In this document: positions 22,673 to 35,095 of the stretch, one piece after another
Position numbering within the stretch: the first letter of the stretch is position 1
Layout: each line of letters opens with the position of its first letter
NCBI RefSeq assembly: GCF_001194135.2
Contig: NC_068990.1
Span: forward strand, 40,914,943-40,955,337
From: Octopus bimaculoides
Taxonomy: Eukaryota
Reading direction: 5' to 3'
Length of the DNA: 40,395 nucleotides
Notes under the pieces: model-generated
Database searches by the model: none
The model's input: the letters and a program-made list of their open reading frames with translations, nothing else
What the model was told of the DNA's origin: nothing
Made by a program: the position numbers and the translations under genes

Positions 22673-24049
22673 TGACATGAGTGATGGTAGCAGGGCAATC
22701 ATCAGCAACATCCCCTACTAAAGACTTCACTACCACTACCATCACTCAACGACAACGATCACCACCCAACCACCACCTCCACCTCCAAACTACCACCACC
22801 CAACCATCACCAATACCACCTCCCAACTACCACCACCACTCAACCACCACCACTAACACAACAACAAGAACAATGAAACATGCCATAGAATGAGATATGT
22901 CTGTTAGTGTTAATTTGCGTGGACTTTTATTAAATTTTACGTCGAAACAAAAGAAAAACCAAATAAATACAAAAGAAAGACAAACAGAAAAAGAAATATT
23001 GAGCGCCGCCATTGTTATCTGAATTAGCTTCCAGCTGAAATCGATCCTGAGAAAAGCAGGGAATAAATTTAAATCTCCCACCAACACTTACCACAACAAT
23101 ATAGAAAATATAAAAAAAAGGAACAAAAAAGAAAAAGAAAGAAATTAGAAAACGAAGTAGAAAAAAGATCAAGCAAAAATAACGATGAAAAAGAACAAAA
23201 AAATCAAGTAATATATAACGGCAAATCAAAAAGAAGGAAACATACCACATATAGACAGATACGTTCGTATATACACATACGTATGGAAGGATATACATAC
23301 ACAGCACGCACGTACATTTACGATTAACTTACTTGCTGTAATCCGAGTTTGAAATGTTAATTTACTAAGATAAATTCTTAGCTAACTTGTTATAATGTTT
23401 TGTCTGTAAGTATGTGCGTGCATACGTGTGCGTGTGTGTGTGTGCGCGCGCGCGTACGTGTATAAGTGTGTCTGCCCGTACGCGCGCCTGTGTGTATGAG
23501 CGTATATATACGTGCATACATATTTATATACATGTGTGTCTGCGTGTATGTGTTTCGTTGGTTAGATGGTGCCATGTATACTGTGAAAATTCTCAAGTCT
23601 CAATTGAATAAATAATTGAATGCTTATCTATCTATTTGCAAAAACAACAATAGCAAATACAATATTAATGATAATAATAGTAATAATAATAATAATGATA
23701 ATAATAATAATGAGAAGAAGAAGAAGAAGAAGAAGAAGAAGAAGAAGAAGAGGAGGACAAAGACAATATTGCAGAGGGCGCTCTTTGTTTTGGTTTCCAA
23801 ATAAAACAAACGCATTAACTTATTTGTTTTCTTCAATTCAAACAAAACGCTAGGACTTCTACTACATCTAGTTAAAGTCATACAGAATCACCATGATAAT
23901 AACATTTGCAAAATATTATTTACAAGTCCTGAAACATGGTGCTTTCATAAGTAGCAATCCTACTGCTCAGTTTGTACCACCAGAAAAAAAGAAACATCTC
24001 AACTTCATCTACTTTATAACTGCATACTCCCAAGTTCGAATACTCTCAA

Positions 24050-25135
24050 CAAGGCAAATAGTATTGACTATATTTTCCAAATTACGGATAAAAAGTACAA
24101 GTCTCTACCTTCATCAAAGTCTTCAATCCTCACCTCCTGCTCCAGGGATTTACCTCAATCTAGGAACCATGTAAGTTGGGAAGCAAGCTTTTTACCACAC
24201 AGCCACCCCTGCGCCTCCACACAGCCACACCAAAAGATTTTTCATAGTGCCGGAATTACAGAAAATCGGATTTCATATGTTATGCACCAATATTGTTTCT
24301 CTGAACCTTAGCAAGACCTCCGCTTGTGTTTAGTAAATATGTTACCCAGAAACCCAGCCATCCATTTTTCACCCTTTGGATTATGATTTCTCGCGTAGAT
24401 CCTTCTGTCGTAGTGTGCATCAATGAGGTTCTGCTCGTTCAACATCCTATGAACTGTAGAAAACTTCAGGGTTTAGTTATATACCCCACATTCTTCCATC
24501 GCTACACGAATGACTGTCTTACTGTCACATATAACAACATACTCACATGGTGCCTCTCTTCATTTTTAATTAAGTTCCCTCACATAAGCACGATCCAATA
24601 ATTAAACCAGGCTCTCTCCTCTCCAAACTTGTTCAAGCCCCATCAACAGAGACCTTGAAAAGCAATCTCTAATGAGGTCATGACTTAATTGTCTCCTTTA
24701 ATAGTATGATAAAAAAAAAAGCATGCTTACTTACCAAAGAATAAGTTTTGACCCTCATCTCTGCATGTGAAGAACTAACCAAAACACAAGTTTACAGCGA
24801 GTTGTAGGTCTCTGATGATTTTCATGTCTAACACTAAATTCCTTACAGGGACAGGAAGTACCACAGCCCTGACCAATTCCAAACACTCAACAAATAAACT
24901 ATTTAGCTAACTATTCCTGTCTCTTGTACAGCATTGCTGCTAAAAAAAATTAGGGATCTAAGATTAGATTCGAAAATTAGCCATCCATTGATTGATATCT
25001 GTTAATTAACTAAGATCATCAGAATAAGTTGTGCTACTCTCGCTCTCTCATCCACCATTACAATACTAACTTCCTTTAACAAACTATTTTCCACACAGGT
25101 ATCGACTTATAGGAGTTCTAACGTGAATGCCAACA
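24050..25135 (+). mobile_element. Decayed non-LTR retrotransposon ORF2 (RT domain; CR1/L2/Jockey-like group, clade unresolved)
   Basis: ORF 24326-24601 LWIMISRVDPSVVVCINEVLLVQHPMNCRKLQGLVIYPTFFHRYTND fits RT motif PxNxxxxQGxVxxPTxFxxxxND (cf. PINSGVPQGSVLSPTLFLLFIND); KANSIDYIF upstream and INRDLEK downstream are in the expected order. The 3' limit is weakly supported. Confidence 0.78.
24163..24228 (-). mobile_element. Family C head fragment nested in the LINE remnant
   Basis: GGAACCATGT...AAGCAAGCTTTTTACCACACAGCCAC. Confidence 0.75.
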
Positions 25136-25610
25136 GTATCCTTTGAGTGGGAGGGTAAGTAAAGATCTCTCGAATTTATAATAAAACATGCGTGTATACA
25201 TGCCCCCACCACCACCATCACACAGAATTGTTCCTTTTCTTGTCCTCAATGCCATAATTATTTATTTAGCTCTCAAACCATACTTCAAACAAATCCCAAA
25301 TCTTGGGTCAACGTGACCGACAATTCAATTTCATTCTGACATAGAAGGCATTCAAACTCCGCAATGCACTGTACATAATCAGAACGGGTCATGGATTGGG
25401 AGATTAGTTTCAGAACAAGAGTTGCAGTGATCAGTTTAGTGGACATACTATGAATATCCACAACAAAGTCTAGAGGAGTTCTTAAATCGATATCCCATTA
25501 CCTGAAATTAACTTCGAATTTCCTCTCGCTATCTTTCCTCAATAGGAAATGGCACATACACCTCAGCTTCCTATGATTTTCATTTTTCACAAACATTACC
25601 TCTTCTGGTA

Positions 25611-26003
25611 GTGGAGGCGCATTGGCCCAGTGGTTAGGCCAGCGGACTCGTGGTCATGGGATCGCGGTTTCGATTCCCAAAACAGGCGTTGTGAGTGTTT
25701 ATCGAGCAAAAACTTAAACGCTCCACGAGGCTCCGGCAGGGGATGGTGGCGAACCCTGCTGTACTCTTCTACCACAACTTTCTCTCACTCTTAGTTCCTG
25801 CTTCTGTTGTGCCTGTAATTCGAAGGGTCAGCCCTGTCACACTGTGTCACGCTGAATATCCCCGAGAACTACGTTAAGGGTACACATGCCTGTGGAGTGC
25901 TCAGCCACTTGCACGTTAATTTCACGAGCAGGCTGTTCCGTTGATCGGATCAACCGGAACCCTCGACGTCGTAAGCGATGGAGTGCCAACAACAACAACA
26001 ACA
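25611..26003 (+). mobile_element. Family A SINE, full length, tRNA(Arg)-like head, (AAC)n tail, 12-bp TSD
   Basis: A box TGGCCCAGTGGTTAGG, B box GGTTTCGATTCC; ACCTCTTCTGGT at 25598-25609 and 26004-26015. Probably one of the known octopus tRNA-derived families (OK/OR1/OR2); assignment not established. Confidence 0.93.
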
Positions 26004-26518
26004 ACCTCTTCTGGTCGTCAACGGTCATAAGGATATATATTTTTTATATGGTTACGGCATGTATTCAGGAGTGTATGCATGGGTGTGTATATTAGTGTGT
26101 AGCAGCGTTTCTACATACAACTGTATATATATATGCATGTATATGTTTATATTACAGTGTGTATGAATGCGTACTTTTATTTTATATTTTTTCATTTTAA
26201 TTTTTATTTCAATTTTTGATACTTGTTTTTATTTTTAATTTCATTTTTCATTCTATAAATAATTTCTTATTCCAAAAACTATCTTACATTCTTATTTTAA
26301 GCTTTTAATTTCAATTTTAATTTCATAATCTTTCAATTTTAATTTTAGAATCTTTCAATACCTTATTACTTTTAATTTTTATTTTCCAATTCTTAATTTC
26401 AATGTTAACTCTTAATCTTTCGATTCGCTTTCAGGTTTTCATTATTTAACTTTTAAAGCTTTTGGGAAGTTTTATATTTAATTTTCAGTTTCTAAGCATT
26501 AACCTTAGATTTTATGCG

Positions 26519-26851
26519 AAGCATGGGCAACCTTTTTACTAATAGCAAACATTATGAAATATTATTCATCATAACATTGGGCCACACAACAAAAAGAATA
26601 GTGCAACAAACATTGTATGTTGAGTGTTTTCATTGGTTGATAATTGGGGAATCTTCTAACTCCACCAAACCTTGATCAAGAAAAAGTGCCAGTGAAATTG
26701 AGATTTAAATTGAAATCAAGAGACACAAAGGCAGACATCAAAATTATGATAGAAAAATGTTATATTATATTATGATGACATTAGGTGTGCCATACAAAGG
26801 ACATAATGGGAAAAGTGCAGTTCGAGTGCCACATTTATTTTGCCCATCCTT
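26519..26851. mobile_element. Possible hAT-type MITE remnant
   Basis: Imperfect terminal IR AAGCATGGGCAA ... TTGCCCATCCTT; GGGCAACCTTTTT start and GCCAC...TTTGCCCA end resemble hAT termini; no 8-bp TSD found. Confidence 0.4.
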
Positions 26852-27019
26852 TCTTTAAATATTAGTTTTTAGACCTAATTAGCACACACACGCGCGCGCA
26901 GACAAGTATACTAACACATGTATGCAATTATAATTATATATATAAACACATACACATACATACTCATATTTGCGTATCTTTGTGCGTGTGTGCTTGTGTG
27001 CGCGAGTGTGTATGCTTAT

Positions 27020-27266
27020 ATGTATGTATGTATGTATGTATGAAGGAGGGTAGGTAGGTGGGTAGGTAGGTAGGAAGGTAGGTAGGTAGGAAGGTAGGTA
27101 GGTAGGAAGGTAGGTAGGTAGATATGTGGGTGAGTCTGTGTACTGGCAAAGGTCTTACATTTCAAAATACTGGAAACATTCTTACAATATATTATTTTAA
27201 GTTTCTCAGTTCAGGTTCCATCGCAAGTGTCATTTTCATTAATTCTCCTGTTTACACACACACACA

Positions 27267-27320
<54 letters not shown>

Positions 27321-27905
27321 GTCAGAAACAAGATCGTTCGCATGAACATTAATGCTGTAGAAAAATGATGAACATGCGTAATCCTGGAAATACATATATG
27401 TTTATGTATCTATTATTGATAAGCACACACTCGCTAGAATATGAAAATAGGTCAGAGACATGTTAGCATACTCATACATACAGCATGTCTAGATACGCAA
27501 CGCTATGCATGAGAATACATACATAAATCATACATACATACATACATGCGTACATACATACATACATGCGTACATACATACATACATACATACATACATA
27601 CATACATACATACATGCGTACATACATACATACATACATACATGCGTACATACATACATACATACATACATACAAACAAACAAAACTGCCCTGATGTTGA
27701 TGTTGATATTCCAGTGAAGGAGCCTTGGATCTAGGTTAGAAACTGGTTCTGTCTCTATTGGCAAGAAATCTTGAAATAAACTGAATAATGACATACATAC
27801 ATACATAAATACATAATACATACATACATACATGCATACATACATACATGCATACATGCATACGTACATGCATACATACATACATACATACATGCATACA
27901 TACAT
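27020..27905. repeat. Microsatellite cluster: (GGTA)n ~27040-27122, (CA)n 27254-27318, (TACA)n with CATGCG variants 27520-27905
   Basis: Direct reading. Confidence 0.93.
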
Positions 27906-28483
27906 ATATGTATGTGTGTATATATATATATATATCTATACTCACTCAAATCCATTCACACATATATATATATGCACTCACACACACATTCATACACACA
28001 GAAGTATATACACACTGTGAAATGCTCACACGCATGAATTAATAGGAAAAATTCCAATGTATACGCTTACAAAAAGACGTTCAAAAACACACGTATGTAT
28101 GTTTATGCGCGCACGCTGTATATGCGTGTTTGCATGCGTGTGTATGTGTACTCTAGAGTACATTATATAATAGGTGCTCGTCACACAATCATATAAGCTT
28201 TCACAAATCTCCCTTAATTACATTCATCGCATAATGATATAACAGTTTATTACAGTCAACCTTCAGTAAATTTATTTGATATAAATAAGTTTTACTGAAT
28301 CCTAACATCTGCCCCAATTTTAATTATCAAGTTTTTCTAGTGCAACACCTGGTATTTTCAGAGAATTTACGTTATAAAGCGACAGGATAATTAAATAGAT
28401 TTTAATGTTAGTTTTGCTTTATATATGTTGATCTTAATATAAATTATATTTATCTTAGTTAATTTCTCTCCCCACTTGCACAG

Positions 28484-28489
28484 CGCCGA
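28484..28489 (+). CDS. Candidate 6-nt microexon CGCCGA (unvalidated)
   Basis: TTAAT branch-like motif (A at 28462), AG-free pyrimidine tract TTTCTCTCCCCACTTGCAC, CAG acceptor, 6-nt exon, GTAAGC donor; TGC at -7..-5. Confidence 0.33.
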
Positions 28490-29198
28490 GTAAGCGTACT
28501 AATTGATAAATACTTTTTCATTTCAACATCAAAGTAAAAAAAATTACATATATACATACATACGCAGTCAAATAACTGAAACAAGTAAAAGAGTATATAT
28601 ATATATATATATATACATACACATATGTGCGTGTGTGTGCGCATACGTGTATGTGTGTGTGTGTATACAGTAAATAAACTAATTCAACAATCTTTGCTTT
28701 TACTCGAATATCAGAATTATTTTATTACATTTATCTATATTTTGTAGGGGGCTGGATTTAAAGAAACAAAGTGATGCTGGACGAAATGCCTTGTTTTACT
28801 TAATTTCATCTTTCTTTAAGTTCTGAGTTCAAATCATTGCTTGGGTAGATAGAATGATTGCAATGTGAAACTAACATCGATTCAATAAATAATATTCCTC
28901 ACTTGAAAATCGCAGGTTTCTTGTACTTAAATAACTATGTAGCTGCAGAAACGTGGACGCACATACGCAAACACGCACATATTTGCATATTCTGCTTCGT
29001 TCTTTGGTCTGCAGTCACGCTAGGGTACCTTCATGAGTAGTTTAGGCGTACCAAACGCCAGAAGTTATTCTAAGTCGCTTATTTATTATTTCGAGCTCTT
29101 TTACTGAACCGTTGTATTGCATGCACATCAAGAAACCAACAAGTGATTTGTGTAAGTGTGCGCAAAACAAATGCAAAAGCACACATAATACGCGTGTT

Positions 29199-29230
<32 letters not shown>

Positions 29231-29381
29231 ACATGTTGCACACATTTTCTGTCTATCAAATTCAATAAGAAGATATTTTGTTGGTATGGGGCCGACTTGC
29301 TCAACGTTACAAGCAGAAGAAAAGAGATCCAAACCATGTGATTGCAAAGCGAAGTTCTTAACCACATACGCATGATGGAAC

Positions 29382-29383
<2 letters not shown>

Positions 29384-29472
<89 letters not shown>
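29384..29472. repeat. (CA)n microsatellite
   Basis: Direct reading. Confidence 0.97.
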
Positions 29473-29476
<4 letters not shown>

Positions 29477-29882
29477 TATACATACACACATAAGTTCACG
29501 ATCCAATGCTAGTAAGAGATCTAACGTAGGGATGGTTCCGAGTATGCCAATTTGCATAAAAGAACACAATTGGATTTAAGGTTAGCTACAGTTCTTCGAG
29601 CAGTGTTTTTTTATTGATGAAATAATTCTATTACAATGATTACATCATGAATATGTATGCATGTATATACATACATACATACATAAATTCCATAGCCAAT
29701 TAATTCAATTAGAGAAATTAAATTCAATTAAGTTAAAATTCTCATATTGAAACTGGTTAATTGGGTATTTTATCAAGGGAGAACTTTTTGGAAAGGAGTT
29801 ATATTCCAATGTGTTGGTCGACTCTTGACCAGATGTGTGCGTTTCGGCAATGTATACATAGCAAAAAAAAAAAAACGTTATT

Positions 29883-29917
<35 letters not shown>

Positions 29918-30254
29918 CAAAGCAAAATTCTCCCCTCCCTGATGAAATACCCAATTAGCTTGTTTCAAAGTGAAATTTTAAAATTAATTTAATTTAATTT
30001 GATTTGTCACATTGAATTAATTAGTTATGGAAACGGCTGTAGGAATAACAATTTCATATAATATCGATTTGTATATCTTTGAATAAACTGATGTCTGTAT
30101 GTCACTGTCTCCATTTTCTTCTTTTCCTCATTCATAAATAATCTAAATATCCATATCCATCAATGCAAAACTAACGTATTTAGTTTTTCACTGGTAAAAA
30201 CCGGGGAACTAAGACGCAAACATCCCTTAAAAGATTTTAGGTCCTTAGCATAAT

Positions 30255-30288
<34 letters not shown>

Positions 30289-30461
30289 TATCCAGGCACA
30301 AGCATATTCATACCTCCCCTTCTCTCACTCTTATTCTATAGTGTGTGTTTGTGTGTGTATCGAGTGATGTGGGTGATAAAAATGTGATTATACCACTTAA
30401 TATACTTAATTATGTAATTCTATATTTTTATTCTCCCGAAGTCTACTTTTGTTTCTTTCAG

Positions 30462-30506
30462 ACCAGTAAAATAAATACCAGTAATACTGATGGGTCAATT
30501 GGATAA
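30462..30506 (+). CDS. Candidate terminal exon TSKINTSNTDGSIG* (unvalidated)
   Basis: Strong acceptor CTACTTTTGTTTCTTTCAG; short phase-0 frame only. Confidence 0.13.
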   Translation, partial: TSKINTSNTDGSIG

Positions 30507-31333
30507 ACTAAACTCATAAGTCCGATAAAGTGGACAGATGGAAAATAATGTTTATTATGGCATATTTTTGATACATTATGTACGAAACAGCGCATTGCTT
30601 CACTCAGCAATGTGAATATTCTTTCGAAAGTTATGGACAGTATATCATTCTTTTCTATTTCCTTGATATTGATGGTATTGTGACTAAGTGAGATATTTCT
30701 TTGACAGATCCAATGAGTGATGTAGAAGGAACTGCAAGTTGGCACCTAAACACATGGAAGTGTCAAGCTAACCTTGCATATATAAAACCAGAGAGATTGA
30801 CATCTGTAATATCCGCACCTGTGATTGTGTCTGATTTACATATATAGATGAGTAGTAATGCGTACCCATATAGATACAGCATTCCACCAGAAAAGAGAAA
30901 CGTCAAACGTGTTGCAATTGTTGTTTGGTATAATTTCACTTCATTTAAGTCGTAAATAAGCCCTGAAAGCTGTAAATTTCAGAGAAAAAACCCTATGAAT
31001 TAAGACAACTGTGCCTAGTCAAAAAAAAAAAAAAAGTATTTCAAAAACTTGTTATTCCAAGCTACATTATCAAGTGCAAAATAATTATAATAAGATGAAT
31101 GGCAATATTTTCGCGAATGTACAGATAAGAAATAGGATCTATTTTCTTGAAAAATAGTTTATACTCAGATTAGTAATATGGACAAATGATTTGGTCTCTA
31201 ATTATATCAATATATTTAGTGTCAGGAAATTTGATCTACGAAAATAGCACCACCTGGTTACATTTATATAGCCACATATCTTCATATTTATATATACACA
31301 CACATGCGCACACACAGGCACAACAACAACAAC

Positions 31334-31387
<54 letters not shown>

Positions 31388-32092
31388 TTTTTTGTTGTAA
31401 TTTTATTTTTTTATGCAGCGGGAGACTATTAAAGCATTGTTAAGGAATTATTTGTGATAGATAATGATTTGTGTGGATGTGTAGGCAGCTTAGTCTGAGA
31501 TACACACACACACACACACACACACACGTGTGTGTGTGTGTGTGAGTGTGTGTATGTATATTGGTAATTGGTGTTAAGGGTGATGCTTCAATTGCATTCT
31601 TTAAAAATTCTCAGCAGGTATTTTCTGAGCCTATCCATAGTGTAGACAATCATGATAGTAGAATGGTAGGAAATGACTGAAACGTCATCCCAACACAGTT
31701 CGGAGATACTGAAGGTGGTTCGTTATTTTATTTCTATTTTTACAGTGTTCTTGGAAATTTCAGCAGTCTGACCAAGAATTGCTTAAAATTTGATTTTGAT
31801 AACATGTGATAGTTTGCCTGATATATCTGACGATAGCCTAGGCGGATTCTAGACGAGCACAATTCTTTGTAGTTGTTGTTATATACATAGAAAAGGCTGC
31901 ATGCTTATCAGATTCATCAAATAAGATTGTGCGAGAAAGCAGGAGATTATCAAAATTTATAAAAGGATCTCCAGTCCTCGCAGTACCATCTGACTTGGAG
32001 TGAGCTTAGGTCGTACAATATCCGTCTAGATACTTGCCCTCCATCATCATTTTTAATCCAACATAGCAAGCGTCAGTCAAACTACACCATAC

Positions 32093-32343
32093 CTACCGGT
32101 TCGTTGAGCAAAACACTTCATTTCACGTTGTTCCAGGCCACTCAGCAGGCAAAAATGATTTGTACCTGTATTTCAAAGGGCCAAATTTGTCACAGTCAGT
32201 GTCACGCTGAATCGCCTTGAGAATTATGTTAAGGGTACGCATGTCTGTTGAGTTCTCGGCCAGTTGTACGTTAATTTCATGCGCAGGTTGTTCCGTTGAT
32301 CAGATCAACTGGAACACTCATCGTCGTAGCAAACGGATTTCCA
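32093..32343 (+). mobile_element. Family D SINE, head lost
   Basis: TTGAGCAAAACACTTCATTTCACGTTG...TCAAAGGGCC...GTCACGCTGAATC...TTCCGTTGATCAGATCAACTGGAAC. Confidence 0.85.
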
Positions 32344-32995
32344 GTACCCCCCCCCCACACACACACACACGCACACACACATACACACGTACATGTGCGA
32401 TTGTATGGGTGTGTATTTATAGATTTTTCTCTCTAAGTGGGTACGGAATTTGAAGTATGAAAAACGCTGAATAAAACTGAAAAATATATTAAAAATACAT
32501 ATTTTCAAACTATATCTAATTACCTATTTAGAGCATATTGCTATTTATTGAACATTTGTGAATGTCTGAGGTAGTTGGTGCCAACAGTATATCTTTACAG
32601 TTGAATCGTGAGAGGCCAGTATGATTTATGTTTTTACGGTCCGACAACTCCTTTTATTTCGGATATGAAAATATCACCTTTGGTATGCTGTATAGGTGTC
32701 GACTAAACGGTTCGCCGACTTCATTATAGACCACATGTAGTTATGGAAATAATATATTTCCTTCCTAAATCATAAGCTAACATACTATAAAATGCGTAGG
32801 GATCATTAAGGAAACCCACTTTTGCTAATTTTTTTGTAATATTATATTTGGGAGGCTTAAAGTTAGTGAGATTCTGATTCGTTTAACCTGTAATTTGGTT
32901 TCGGTTCTAGGTTGAAGTAATTTCATTTCCCATATTTAAATTGTATTTCGAGTAATTTGAATGTCACATCTTCATATTTTCCTCCCCGTCACCCC

Positions 32996-33206
32996 CAAGG
33001 CGGTGAGCTGGTGGAATCGTTAGCACGCCGAGTAAAATACTTAGTGGCATTTTGTCCGTCCTTACGTTCTTAGTTCAATCACCGCCGCGATCGATTTTAC
33101 CTTTCTTCTCTTTCGGAGTCTATGACATGTACTGGGATCGATGTTATTGACTTACCTCCTCCCCTCCGAAATTGCTGGTCTTGTGCCAAAATTTATAATC
33201 AATATA
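32996..33206 (+). mobile_element. SINE family B copy
   Basis: Head to GTGCCAAAATTTATAATCAATAT end. Confidence 0.85.
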
Positions 33207-33258
33207 TCTTTCCATAAACTATAGGGTCGTTGTACGTAGTGAAAATGCATTATACAAT

Positions 33259-33644
33259 GTTGTTGGCACTCCGTCGCTTACGACGTCGAGGGTTCCAGTT
33301 GATCCGATCAACGGAACAGCCTGCTCGTGAAATTAACGTGCAAGTGGCTGAGCACTCCACAGACACGTGTACCCTAAACGTAGTTCTCGGGGATATTCAG
33401 CGTGACACAGTGTGACAAGGCTGACCATTTTTGAATTACAGGCACACCAGAAACAGGAAGTAAGAGTGAGAGAAAGTTGTGGTGAAAGAGTACAGCAGGG
33501 TTCGCCACCATCCCCTGCCGGATCCTCGAGGAGCTTTAGGTGTTTTCGCTCAATAAACACTCACAACGCCCGGTCTGGGAATCGAAACCGTGATCCTATG
33601 ACCGCGAGTCCGCTGCCCTAAAAACTGGGCCATTGCGCCTCTAC
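33259..33644 (-). mobile_element. Family A SINE, full length, 12-bp TSD
   Basis: GCATTATACAAT at 33247-33258 and 33645-33656. Confidence 0.93.
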
Positions 33645-33915
33645 GCATTATACAATAAGGAGTAATTATAACGATAAGTATGCCACCAACGAACCTAAAA
33701 TGTATTTCGCTTCCAATAAACGGTTGAACATATTTGATTTACAATTGATAAAGTTATTACGAGAAGCATGAAAGTCTCAGAATCAACTTTATACTAAGGA
33801 ATCAATATAATAATCTGTGATAATGTTAATCCAACTGGTTCCTCTTCTATAATCCTTGCCTGGAATATATTTTTTATTGAATGTTTATTTTTCAGTTTAA
33901 TTTATTTTATTTCAG

Positions 33916-34023
33916 GTTTCTTCAATGCTTCATACCATGAAAATACATCAGAAGTCTGTACATAATGTTCAGAGAAAATGGGATGATTTTGTGGAATGTG
34001 ACACACATTATTTAACACCATAG
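33916..34023 (+). CDS. Candidate terminal exon VSSMLHTMKIHQKSVHNVQRKWDDFVECDTHYLTP* (unvalidated)
   Basis: Acceptor TTTAATTTATTTTATTTCAG; 35 open codons in phase 0; AATAAA at 34306-34311. Confidence 0.2.
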   Translation, partial: VSSMLHTMKIHQKSVHNVQRKWDDFVECDTHYLTP

Positions 34024-34039
34024 TACCTAGCTACCAAGG

Positions 34040-34166
34040 GTTCAAGTACCATCGAGGTCGACTTGTTGTTTTATCTATTGAGGTCGATAAAATAAGCATT
34101 GGGATCGATGTAGTCGACTAAGCCCCTCTCCTAAAACTGCTGACCTTGTATCAAAATTTGAGACCA
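34040..34166 (+). mobile_element. Family B 3' fragment
   Basis: GAGGTCGAC...GAGGTCGATAAAATAAG...GACCTTGTATCAAAATTTGA. Confidence 0.75.
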
Positions 34167-35045
34167 TTAAGTTTATCACACCATGCCTCAACAATGTAAT
34201 TGTGTTTCAACTTGACCTGGACCAAACTGTCTTTTTTAAGGTGATTTTTCATGTCTCATTTTTTTTTTTTATAAATAGCATTATCACAGTTATTTTAGAC
34301 ATGCAAATAAAGCTGTTTTAGGGGCTGCTAGTTAGAGAATATTGAAGAGGTGACATTACTCTTGAATTGTTCAAGGGATTTCCGTTACATATTACAGAAT
34401 TTTGCAGATCAAAATGTTTAGCATATGTACCGGTGAACATAATACGGATAACTGATATCGCTGTGTGAAACATCGTTAGCTTATTTTACCTTCTTAATTA
34501 TTCTGTTATTCACTGGCTCACAGCTAAAATACTTTAGATATTTAATATGTTCCACTTGAAATGTTTGAGTAAAACTAGGTCAGCTTTGATCGGATGAAGG
34601 TATGAGATTTCCCGAACAAATATTTTGATGCAACCTATATATTCAATTCTCTAAACAATTGTCAATGAGGTAGCCTCTATGTGGTTACTGGACCGGCTAG
34701 AAATAAGGAGAAAATCCCCTCAAATTACAGTTTGTCGTCTTGGAACAAAAGAAAAAAAAAAGACAGAAATTTTCGTTTTTCTTGCCGTGTGTGTAGTGAC
34801 AGTGTTATGAGATTTATGCCATTCACATCCCCCACGAACCTTTGTAAGTCACTTTATACAGGAAAAGAATTCTAGAGAGCCGAAGGAAAAAGAAAGAAAT
34901 AGTGGGCGCAGTGATTAGTTCAGAATTAGAATATTGGACTCAACAAAGGTGACTATAGGAGAAGAGGCGAGTGGGCTGGGAGTGAAAATGGTATGAACCC
35001 TACCAGCTCAAAAGAGCAGATGTCCTTATGATAGTAGTAAAAGAG

Positions 35046-35049
<4 letters not shown>

Positions 35050-35091
<42 letters not shown>
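35050..35091. repeat. (AG)n microsatellite
   Basis: Direct reading. Confidence 0.97.

Positions 35092-35095
<4 letters not shown>

Noticed and set aside
26170-26500. Very AT-rich TTTAAT/TTCAAT stretch
   Set aside because: Low-complexity sequence without a stable period or other signal.
27520-27905. Spacer-like variant units in (TACA)n suggesting an array
   Set aside because: Simple microsatellite with variant repeats; no unique spacers, not CRISPR.
31746-31809. Strong acceptor at 31745 and a possible 3-nt CAG exon near 31615
   Set aside because: Frames stop quickly or donors are weak (GTGATA, GTATTT).
34797-34843. 47-nt exon candidate DSVMRFMPFTSPTNL with GTAAGT donor
   Set aside because: Phase-compatible with 36943, but no compatible upstream exon has a good donor and there is no homology; likely chance.
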